From Callorhinchus milii (lineage: Eukaryota), in NCBI RefSeq assembly GCF_018977255.1, contig NW_024704746.1:16740001-16804000 (forward strand): a DNA stretch of 64,000 nt, in the 5' to 3' direction. Within the stretch, counting starts at the first letter, position 1, and each line of letters starts with the position of its first letter. The translations under genes were made by a program, and so were the position numbers. The notes under the pieces are model-generated. The model saw only the letters and a program-made list of their open reading frames with translations, made no database searches and was not told the DNA's origin. Shown piece after piece: positions 38,060 to 56,000 of this stretch.

Positions 38060-39753
38060 AATGCTGCTTGAAACAGGAAGAATCAAAGTCATCTAATCAT
38101 TCGCCCCACTACCTTTTGTGTCTTGATGTTTTAAATTAACTCGAGGAAAACTTTGTGACGATTACCTTGAACCAGACTTTTTTTTNAAAAATTGAAAACT
38201 AGAGGATATTTGTAACTGTTCTACATCCAATAAATTGGGAGGTTTTATGCAGTAGAACATATTGTAGATTCTAAGCCAGTATAACAGTACTGCTTGATGT
38301 GCTTGGGAACAAGATTTGTTTGAATTTAACTTTCCATGTGCTTCATTTCTGTAAACAAAATGTTCAGTGAATATTTTAGTTTGTGTTCAGAAATAACTGC
38401 TCTGTCAGATCAGAACTGTTCAACTGAGGATGTTGATGCAGACAAAATAAACAGCTGGAATATTCTGGAACTTCAGTAAGTCAACCACTAAATTAAGGAA
38501 ATGCCTACAGAACCTGATTTTTTTGTGGCTTATAGCTTTTTTTTGTTCTTTAAAGAAAACACACAAAGCTAATTACTAACCCGATTTTGAATCCTGGCCA
38601 GAGTAAATTGTTCTCCATGAAATGAGTTTGCAAATCTCAAATTAACAGGAAAGAACTGACAATCATGGGGTGGGGATAAAAGAGCAAAAAGGCTGGGTAT
38701 TTGTGGTTGAAATTGTTGCTATACTTGACCAACTAACAAAATTAGTGTATTTTAAATGTTTTGTTGGACATCAATAATGAGCTTCAAAAACAAAATGTAA
38801 TATGTATACAGGATTTACAAAGGATCAACAGATTTTTAGCAGTTTAGTGAGATTATAGCTTAGTTGCTTTAATGAGGTTTATAGCCTACATAAATTGAAC
38901 CAAACCTTTATTAAAATTCCTCCACCAGTGTACAAAGTTTTCTAGAAACAGAATTGTGTATAAGCAACTAAGTTTCATATTTAGCAATTAAAATTTTACA
39001 TATGAGCACCTCATCCATTCAATAAGGTAGGGGTACATCAGTATCAAAAAGACAAGCAATCTGCAAAGTGACAGCAAGGAAAGTTGGCACACCGTTACAC
39101 AGATCCAACATGGCTTATATGTTGGTCTAAAGGCCACTGAGAAACAAGATTAGTGTAAACATCTTCATTTTTCTGAACATGCACCAAGGTGAATTATCCC
39201 ACTTCAAACCCAGAATACCTGAAAGGAAAGAAAACGGTTATGAAGCATAAAGTGAATGAAGCTCATCATTCATGACCAGTTAACAAGTTGTGTCCATTTG
39301 TATATACAATAGCATAAGATCACAGAAGCAGCATACTACACTTAATCCCAGGGTCAACTAAAGCGTCAATAGTAAATAATCGTTGCATTTGATACAGCAT
39401 CTTCACATCACGGGGATATCTCAAAGAGCTTCACAGGATTTACTGTAAAGTGTAGTGACTATTTCGTAGGTGAGTATGGCAACTAATTTTATACAGCACC
39501 ATCCCACAAAACAACCATGAAGTACCAATTTTATTTGAGGGACTCCCAGGAGAAACTCCTTTCAACTAATGTCATGGGATCTAACGTTCCATAGACAATA
39601 ACATGTTTACTATTAAGGATAGATTACTTCCCGTGAAATAATTAAGGACTCCCAACTTTACTTGAACACAACACATTTTAGAACACAAACGTTTACTTGT
39701 GAGACTAAAGCAACAAATCTACGTACCACAAAAAGAATTTAATCATATTTCAG

Positions 39754-45258
<5,505 letters not shown>

Positions 45259-45449
45259 TCTCGATGGCGCTATAGTGGGGGAGACTCCTCGGAACGAACA
45301 GGAGGAGGAAGTGTGTGCGTGTGGGTGTGTGTGTGGGTGTGGAGGAGGAGGAGGGGGGGAGTGGTGGTGGTGAAGGGAGGGAGTGGAGGGGAGGGGATGG
45401 CTGGAGTCCAGTGATTGCGTTGGTTTTTTTTTCTTGTCTCACTCACTCA

Positions 45450-45483
<34 letters not shown>

Positions 45484-47016
45484 ACTCTCTTTTCCGGTGT
45501 TTCTTGGTGTGGTGTCAGTGGATCCTTTTCGCTGCTGTTGCGCCCCTCACCGATCACATTGAGTGAAGCAAAGAACACACTCACACACTCTCCCACACAC
45601 ACACACACACACACACACTCACTCACTCAGCTGCTGTCTCTCCCCACCCCCAGCCAACCCCAACTGTCTCACTCAGCATCCCTACGCGGATGGATGGAGG
45701 GGATGGAGGGATGGAGGGAGAGAGAGAGAGAGAGAAGGAGGGAGGGAGATGGGTTAAAACCTTCGACGCATTACGACTCATTGCAACCTGAGCCCAGATT
45801 AAATATTTCGTAAACGCTTCGTGTCAGCAATCCGTGTGGGGGTCAACCCAAATACCCAATCCGTTTAGGTCCTTTGCAAGGTAATGTGTTTAGTAAATAA
45901 GGTAGTGGGTGTGTGTGTGTGTGTGGGTGGGTGGGTGGGTGGGTGGGGGGTGTCAGTGTCTTCCAATGCGTTAAATTGGACTGGTTAACTAAGGCTAAAA
46001 TAACCAATACATAGTCACACTTTAGAAGAAGTGAGATGGGGCGAAGCACAGTATTTAATAGCCTTTCCCAGTTGTAAAGGGTTGGCCATTATACTTCCTC
46101 CATCCTCTGCACCAGTCTGGATACCTGACTTGTTCTTGATCTTCCATTCCCTTTTCTGGCAATATTGCACAAATCTGGTCAAAAACACACGTATTTTGGG
46201 TTTTGTGGATCATTGAAAATTGTGTGGAATACAAGTTTGTATTGCTGTGCCACAAGGAAAGTATTCAGTGGGTTGCCCCAGAATGGCCATCAGTGCTTCA
46301 CATCTTTCCTCTTATCTCTCTCTGTCTCTCTCTTATGTCTACTCCCGAGGGTATATTTTATCCCGAGGGATTTATGGGTTTTCAAACCTATCCAGAACGT
46401 CTGCATTGCATTGCATTGAGTGTTAGTGACCTGAGCTTCTCACAGCATTGAGTGTATGTTGTTTTGAACAAAAAAAAATCCTCGTTTAACATGTTTACTA
46501 TCTTTCCTTTTTAAACTCCCCCCCCCCCACCACCAACTCAATTTCGATTCCTTGGGATCCTGGCTAATCTGTGGCTCAAATTGACCCTAATATGCATATC
46601 AGTTTCAATGGAGCCAGATCTTACATGTCAGTTGGCAATACCCAGGCATAGGATTGCCACTGAGTTGGTGATTGATCGCAGCTCTTGTCATTCAATGCCT
46701 GGATAGGGCTGTGTTTGAGTGCAGTTCCTGTCAATCAACCCAGATGCATCACTGTGTTTGGTTGAGTCTGCTGTCCATCACCCAACAGCAATACAGTCCT
46801 GAATCTGGAAAGTTACAAGGGTTTTGCAGCTTTGGGGAAGACACAAGACTTGTCAGTGAAGTCAGGGGGTGGGGGTCTGGAGTGGGGGAAAAAAAACAAG
46901 ACAATCAATAAGACAAGGTACAATCCTGGCCATTTCTCAGTGTCGCTTTATTTTTGGGATCATCTCACTGGTTTTAGCTAAAACTGCAGAATTCCTTTGC
47001 AATTTGAGACGCCCCC

Positions 47017-50000
47017 ATGAAATCCACAGCACGGGACAGACCCGGGACAGCAGGGGTGAGTGAACGCTGGCAGTCAGTCAGTCAGTCAGTCTGTCAGTCT
47101 GTGTTAACAACATTTGTGTACTTTTTTTAAGAAAATGCAACGAATAATCACTTGGTGAGCAATAGTCAGATCTTGGCATACTGTAGTTACTCGGTATCCA
47201 CCAGGACAGTGAGGACTGATGTGAGTTACAGTTGTTTGAGGTTGGCTATTTATACAGCAGAGTAGACCTGGATACATTTTGGCAACATTGGTTACAGCCC
47301 AAATCCAACATGCAAAATTTTGTTCTCATACAATAAATTACCTGACAATGAATGAATTCTGACTGGCTAATCAAAGTGATTTGTTTTTGATTGTTTTTGA
47401 TTAACGATCTGGGTTCGATGAGAATTATATTTCTGACTGAAGGTCTTTAAGGGTTTGGAGTTGAACATCGCTTTTTCTGTGTTAACTCAACACCGCGCCC
47501 TGTTTATAAGTTTTTATTCATAACTCTTGGTAGGTACCGCTTTTGGCAAACGCTTAAAATGGAAACAAACCATCAAAGACGTAATCTGGAACATCACCAG
47601 GGCCCTAATTTATAGCAATTGGAATCAAAACAAAAATGGTTGGTAACTGGGAACTGTGTAAATAGATACAAGGCATGCATGTGCCATTCTGTTTGTTTTT
47701 GTGAATTTATGACTTGTTATTCAGTGTTGTTGGATGGAATGTAGTTGCAGTGATTTAGCTGGCCCTGTTCTCAATCTCAGTCTTTTTTCTTACAAGGTAA
47801 ACACATTCATTTAGGAAAATATGCCTATCTGTTTTTCTTAAAAAAGAAAAGCGAGCTTTAAAGTGTAATGCAAAAAAGGTCGTGATCAAACATTTTATGA
47901 CACATCATAAAGCAAACAGTGACTCAGATTTTGTGTAATTCTAATCTGTGTTCTGAAGTGCAATGTAATATTCGTTGTTATTGAATAACGAAATCTGATC
48001 TGCATACTCTTTATTTCAGTAATCATCGATGGTTTATGTATTCAGCAAATCATGTTTTGTAGCTTTAATGTGGGTTCAAACATATGAGTATATTTGTCAT
48101 ATATTAAATAGTGATAAGCTATTATATTAAATGCAAGGATTATTATATTACTATTATATTATTATCTGGGACAGGATATTATTAAATGAGGTAAAATACA
48201 ACTGTTTTGAAATTGTTTTCTGCCTGACAAACTACTGGAATTATTAGTTTGTAGACTTAACTAGTAGGAGCAAAGTAAATAAAATCTGATCAGGAGAATG
48301 ATAGTATGAAATGGGACTCAGAAAACAAAGTAAATCCTGCAATATTTATTGACATTGATTGCATCAGGTACCCTCTTAATTTCACAAAGTCACTGTAAGG
48401 CATTGTGGGGTGTGATCCTGCATAAGGGACATTACATAAGTGCAAACTGTTGTATTACGTATATACATTGGGCCTTTATAAGGAGATGCTTCAAGTACAG
48501 TGTTCATTTCATCTAGTCTGCTTTATCTTATGTAGAATATATTTTTCACAAAAAACATGTAATTAGTCTTAATTTGAGCTCTCATTTTTTAATAATCCAG
48601 ATTTGCTCTTGCTTTCCTGGTCAGACATATATTTATTTAGGTGTATTGTATGCTGGTGAGAATATTTATCTTGTCAGTGTGCCTATACATGTATGCAGTA
48701 TGCTCAGGCAATGTCCAGCAACATATGAGCAGCCTTCCTTACCAACTTTCTTCACTTTTCTTCCCTCCTCCTTTCCTGAAAGCACTGACTCGCACCGAGA
48801 TATGGTTTGACTGGTGTGCCCGCCCATTGGTACCTTGCTCAATTGGCCATTCTTCATGTGTGAGCCTTAACAATGAGTCATGACTGTTAGCAAGCTATTT
48901 GACTGTGGGGGGCATTGTGGTTGAGGCCAATCCTGTTCATTACAGGTTCACACACAAAGACATTTTCCATCAGGGATTACTTCATAGCAATGAGGAGCAG
49001 GAATCCTGACTGAACTTTATTCCTTTTTCCCCTCCACTGCCTGAGACACGAACACAAATTGCAGTGCTGTGACTTGCTCCCGAGCTGAGGTTTACTAACT
49101 CTACAGATTGTGAATCAAACCTGTAACCTTTTGGACTGTATTACTTGGTCCCATTACCCACTATGCCATCACGGGAACTGCATCCTTTCTCTCTTTGATT
49201 TGAGAACTAATGCCACATTGTATTTTAGCAATGACTGAAAATATAAGGACCATTTATTTTCTTAACTGACACCGCTGGTAACAATCTTGGTTATACAAAC
49301 ATTGCATATGTTAGGATAACAATAAAGCAACATTAAGTTGTTGGACTATAAATGTTTCTATCCCAGTTTTTAAATTATTTCAGGTGCTGGAGCTTCATGT
49401 CTTCCATGTACCAGAAGAATTATGGAACGCCAAGTTAAACACTGTTTCTATTCGTGCCATTGGTAAATTTATTTCTGCTGGATTTATCAGGTAAGGATTA
49501 AAGCAGACTTTTTTAAACTATACTCATAACTGAATCCATTTGTACAGATATGGCACATGTCTGCTTTTCTGGTATGTTTATTAACCCAATGCAGACATGA
49601 TGGTGAGCTGCTAATTTGACATTTTTAGCGTATGAATAGAAATTCGAATATTTTTCAAATTTCACTCATGCACTTGAATATTTTTCACTTTGTTTGCAAT
49701 GATTTTAGGTTAATAAACTACTGGGGGTGGGTTCACTACATATTTTTATGAATTAATGGTGGAGATAAAGCTTTATTATTTATCTCGTTTGCTGTGCTTA
49801 AGAACCACTGATGTTGATACTGAGCACGGAATCTGAGAGAAAGTATTCCTTTTTCCAATACCAGCATTGCTCACATGGATGTTTGTAAAAATTATGGAAA
49901 GCGGAAAGAGTTGTTAAGCTCCCAGTTTTATAGTTTGGCAAATTATACATACACTGAATTTGTTTGAGAATGAGGAAGAGTTGTGTTTATTTTTGTTGCA

Positions 50001-53000
50001 ATGGAATGTATACATGCTATATTTATCTGCTTTGATACCTTTGTAACAAAGGGAAAGAAAACGGTTCACAAACACTGGAGCCAGTCAAATAATAGAGCCA
50101 ATTAGTGCCCATTTCTCAATTTGTTATTATTATTCAGAAGATACAAAATTCAGATGATTCTCCACCTCTTCGCAGGGAAGCAGATATTACCAACCTTTTC
50201 TACAACTAATGTTTTGTCTCTTATGTCCCAGGGTATTTCCTGATCTGAGTTTGCAAGCATTAAGGCAAGAACTTGGAGATTTTCTTGGAGATGTTTCTGT
50301 TAATGACAAATTTGTCTATTTAAAATGTGTTGGAAGAGGTTTGGCAGTGGTAAGTCATTTGCATCCTATTTAGCAACGTTTAGATTCCGGATGAGATTCC
50401 GATCATTTTCTCTTGTCAATGGTCAAGGATGAGAACTTGAGAGTTTTGAGATTTTGCATTTTTGGGGGTAAAAGTTCTTACCAAGTGGAGATGTCATTTT
50501 CAGGGCAATAAATATCTTTCCACTGTCACTACCTGACAGCATCACTCCCAGACTGGCATTTCTGGGACACGTTTTAAAGAGTTACTTACGCACAACTATA
50601 TAGAGCTTGAACATTGTAGGTCTTTTCTTTTTAAAAGAATTAGTGAGTTGTGGCATTGTGTGATTTTGTGGAATGTTGTGCAATAAATAATTTGTTATCA
50701 GTTGCAGAAGTGCAAGCCACGCAATAGGAACAAATGGAGCGTGTTTGGGCATGTATACCATTTGAAAGCCTTTGTCTAAGCAGTTGACTACTTCTCAGAG
50801 CTATATAACAATTCTGTCCATATGAATGAGTGTTACTGTACTTCCTAATTCATACTTAACAGTAACACTTATGACTTTTCCCTTCATATTGGGTAATAAT
50901 TACAATTGGTCCATTATTCAAATGTAAAATAAATACCTTGAAAATTCATGGGTGATCCATTGGTCATTAAGTTTTAATGGACTCCTTAGGAGCACGCAGC
51001 TGGACCTCTGACTTTCAGTGGGGCAATCACAGTAATTGTGCTGCCAACAGGTTGATATGGCGTTAGCAGGTCACAGAGGTAGGAAGGAGTAAAGCCGTGG
51101 AGAGCTTTGAAGGTGAGGACGAACATTTTGAACTCTATCCTCTGGGGGATGGGGAGCCAGTGGAGCCGGGTGAGGGTGGGGTGATAGGGCCATGGAGCCT
51201 GGTGCGGGAGAGGACACAAGCTGCAGAGTTCTGGATGATCTGCAGCTTGTGGAGGCAAGAGTTGGGAAGGCCAACAAGCAGGGAGTTGCCATTTGTGGAG
51301 ACAAAGTGAAGACGGTGTGAAAGATAGTATCTGAACCAGTCAAATAGCAGACAGTGTGATTCTCTTTGCTCTGCAACCCAAAGTATAACTTATATATAAC
51401 TTAGCTGTAACTTATAATATCACCAGTGATAAAACACAATGTGAACCCAGTTAGTCATAGCCTGTCAAATACAAATGTGAAGGTTTTACAAATAAGAATG
51501 CTCCCCCATGCCAATTGACTTCAGAAAGTCAGAAGGGGAACTTGAAACTTTTTACCATCAGATCCTTACTGATGTGAGCCACCAACATTAATCCAATGTT
51601 GCATGGAAACCATTCAACTAATTTACATTCAGTATTCGCCACTAGGACCATTAATCCTCTTAAAGCAAATGTAATAATATTGGTTACTATAGTAAATAAA
51701 TCTCACTTTGACTATACTATGTTATTGAACCATAAATCAGTTTCATTCATTTTCATGCACTGTTGGTAATTTTATTCAAGTGCAAATATTGATAAATCTA
51801 TGAGAGCTTCATCTTGCTGACAGTGGCAAGAGTTGAACCCAAATACAGAACTTCACAGTATAAAATAACATTTCTGCAGTCAGGCCATTGAATGCTGATG
51901 CGTCCTCTTTAAACCATAGTTTTCAAAAGCTTTTAGCACTTAGATATAGTGAGTAAGAGCTTGCAAGTAAAAAAGGAAGGTGGATGGAAAGATAGGAAAT
52001 TCCATAGATTATTTTTCTTTATCTTTGTGTGTTGCCACATGTTGATGATTTAAAGCTCTCTGACATGAGCAAGAAGGGACATATTATTTCTCAAGGTACT
52101 GGACTTTTGGTGGAATTACATTTTCTTACTGTGTCTAAGTTAGTTTACTTTAAGTGTATACCTTGAGTCTGAAATGTCTTGTTTTCCATTATGAAAATAT
52201 GAACAAATAACCCACAGAGTATTTGTAATTATTATTTCTTATTAAGAGAAATAGTCAAGCAAAATCTTATTTTAACAAAGTCTCAAAATAGAAGGCTGAG
52301 ATTGGTGTTCGATCTGAGGAGATTTGCTTTTGAGATCTGAAATGCATGGTTTATCAAAGAGCAATCATTGAAAAGTCATCAGATAAGACTTGGCTCCTGG
52401 TGTGATGGGCTGTCAGGTGATAGACAAACAATTTAGATTGGTGGTATTTGATTTTAGTTTTAAAACAAGAGGCAAAGGGGAAAACAAACTGCCCTTTATG
52501 CCACAAAAAAGGCAATCAGGGAATTTAATAAACTTCCTTTCCAGTACGGTCATACATCTCTGTGAAGGTCACGTTCTTCCCGAGTCCTGGCTGAACTGCT
52601 TTAACAAGCTGAGAGAACAACAACAGACACATTGATTTATTAAGTGTACTGGAGCTAGTGTACTGGAGCTAGAATCACAGCAACCTTATGAAATGGTCTC
52701 TGTGTATTCAAATATTTGCTTGGTATCGCTTGCTGTTTGACAACACTACACTGTAACTTGTCACAAGGATGGCAATCTTTCCAAATACTGAAGAAAGTTG
52801 AACGTAGGAGGCTATGCTTAGAACTCATACCCATTTAATCTGTGATTGCTGCAATAAAGCGTGCTGGTAAAATTCCTGTGAAGAGTCTGTAAATTGTATT
52901 GTGTTTGAAACTCTGACTTGTAAAATAATTCTTTCTTTGAATGTTTTCGCAGTTATTTGCTTATGTTTATTTTATATTCTTCGTATAACAATTTGTGTGC

Positions 53001-56000
53001 TAAACTGGGTAACATTGTTTCAGTTATTCGTTCAACGCTCTTATAAACAAATAATGGGCAACTATCAAATCAGAATTATGAAATTAATTCTTTAATTTAA
53101 TTTAATCAATCTGCAAGTGTAATATGTCCCAGAAAAATGTTTCAAAAACGGCTAACAAAGATGAAATTTGGCAAAAGATAGGAATGATAATTTGAAGATA
53201 CTATATTGGGAAATACTTGTGGCTAGTTTACATGATTTAACACCATGATAAGCTCAAGTGTGAATTCGATTCAGCATATTGCTTAATCACGGAATGACTG
53301 ATTGTTAAGAAGAATTTTGCATTGCACAGCTCAATGTAGAATTTATTTTAATGATCCCTGCAGACCTGGGCATTAATGCTAAGATGTAAGCACCTACGTA
53401 GATTGGTTGCTTGGTTATATTCTCATCTAATTGTTAATTCACAATTAATGCTTTAGAATTAAATAAGCAAAAGACAAGAGACTGCATTTCTATTATTTGG
53501 ATATTTTTCAGTAAATTAGAAAGCGTTTGTGAATGATTTAGGAATAAGAGTAGCACTTAATGAACCATTTAGATTAATGCTTCTAGTATTCATTCTCATT
53601 GTAAGTACTATGGTTGGCTCATTTTGAAAATGAACTCTTGAAATCTTATTTTTAGGTGAAAGCAAAACAAGAATTAGAGCTCAAAGTAAAGTCATTTGCC
53701 CCTCCTTACGTATGTAAATCTATTGTTATTTTCTTAATATTTATTCATTGAATTATATTTAATATTTAATCGAATGCCTCTGGTCTCAATAACCTTTACT
53801 TATAGGCTCCCCAGCCAGAACTCTACCTGCTGATCGGTGTGGATGAGGATACTCGGATTGAGTCTACCCACACATTGACACCCGATTCTACCCATACACT
53901 CACACCTGATCGTCAGCGCTTTGCTGGGGAATATTTTGGGCCACATCAAAGGCTGGGAAAAGCAAACCCAGAAGAAAATGAGACTTCAAGGAAATGTAAA
54001 CCTAAGAGTTTCTCACAAAATGTACACAATACCAGGAGTCCAGATTTCAGTAGCATCTACGTGCCACACGAAGGACTGAGAAGTACAAATCCTGACGAAA
54101 ACGATGTCTCAAGGGATTTTAAAAATAATAATTTTTCACAGGAGGTGCACAACAGTAGCCGTGTGGATTTAAACAACCCTTTCACCTGGGAGGAGAAAGA
54201 ACCATATAAGAATGAACCACGCAGTACACCAATTAAAAATAAAATACATGAGAATAAAATAGCAGAAAGCAGTGAACTACAAGAGGATCACAGGCTGCCA
54301 GGAAAAAAAGGTTGATAAATCTTGTATTTTTTTCAGTGATACATACCAAAGCAATTTCTCTTTTGTTTGTTTCAATGTATTTTTTTAAAAAATGTAACCT
54401 GAAACTTTGTGATGTTATAAATTACTGATTTAAAATATGGCTGTCAATAGCCCTTTTATGTATGTGGTACTAAAACAGGCTCATGTAGATTAATGAATTG
54501 AGGACTTCATTGCTCTTGTTTAAAAAGATTAACATCTTTTTTTTCCTGTAGAAACTGCACCAATGGCAGATGTAAAATCGGTTGTAAATTCAGTTTCAAA
54601 GGAAAACAGGATTCAGAGTAACAGCACGTGGGATTCTGGGGTACCAGAATCGCTGGACGATAGGGATCTGGACTACTTAGAAAATGAAAGAAAGAAAAGG
54701 TAAAAATTAATATAGAAATAGATAACTATTTTACTTTGCAGCTTAAACACAGTAATATTGTTGTTAACTGTCTGCACTTTTACTGTCAGTATGACATAAA
54801 TCAAGAACGTTGATGCTCTATTTTGCTCTTTTTTTCTATTTAATTATGAACTATTCATGATTCATGAACTACTCCAATTTTCTTTTCAGCCAGAGACTAA
54901 ATCTGGAACAAGAAACCAGTAATGTTGGAAAAATAGTCGGCCAGGTATGATTGTACTTCACGCGAAAGACCATAAAACCATAAGTCATAGGAGCAGGAGT
55001 AGGCCATTCGGCCCCTCGAGCCTGCCCTGCCATTTAATAAGATCATGGCTGATCTTATAACTAAATTCCATTTACCCGCCCTATCCCCATATCCCTTAAT
55101 CCCTCTATCCTTTAGAATCTTATCAACCTCAGTCTTGAATATGTTTAAGGACTGAGCATCCACAGCCTTCTGGGGTAGAGAATTCCACAAATCCTCTGAG
55201 TGAAGAAATGTTTCCTCAACTCAGTTCAAAAAGGCAGATCTTTAATCTTGAGACTGTGACCCCTAGTTTTAAAATTCTCCAACCAGGGGAAACAGTCTCA
55301 TGGCATCTACCCTATCAAGACCCTTAAGAATGTTAGAGATTTCTATAAGATCACTTCTAATTCTTCTATATTCTAGAGAATACAGGCCTAGTTTACTCAA
55401 CCTATCCCCTCATCCCAGGAACTAACCTAGTGAATCTACGCTGCACCCTTTCTAAGGCGAGTATGTCCTTTCTTAAATAAGGAGACCAAAACTGCACACA
55501 ATATTCTAGGTGGGGTCTCACCAAGGCATTATACAACTGCAGCAAGACTTCCCTACTCTTGTACTCTAATCCTTTTGCAACGAACACCAACATGGCATTA
55601 GCATAAAGATATTTGCTGAACTCGGACCACAAAGGAATAAACATGTATTTAATTTGTTGCCAGTTATATGTAAGCCATATCTTTTTCTTCCTTTTATTTC
55701 TTATTATTTTTTAATGTTTCTTTAGCGTTTTTGAAGAATTCAAGGTTTTGATACTTTTCAAGTTTCTACATTTATTTAAGAGAAATTATTTTGAGCAGCA
55801 ACAACATTGTATCAAATAGAATACACTCACAAACTGAGCCTGATTCTGTCCTCCCCTGCCATTCACACACAAGCACTTCCCTGTAGTGGCCCTTGGAGAG
55901 CGATGTGGAGAGGAGACCTTGCTGTTTCCTCTACAATCCAGACATTAAAGTTAATTTTAGCAACAACAACAACAAAATTATATTTATAGAGCGCCTTTCA

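Noticed and set aside
52642-52671. 14-bp tandem duplication agtgtactggagct x2
   Set aside because: Ordinary slippage duplication in an intron with no sign of function.
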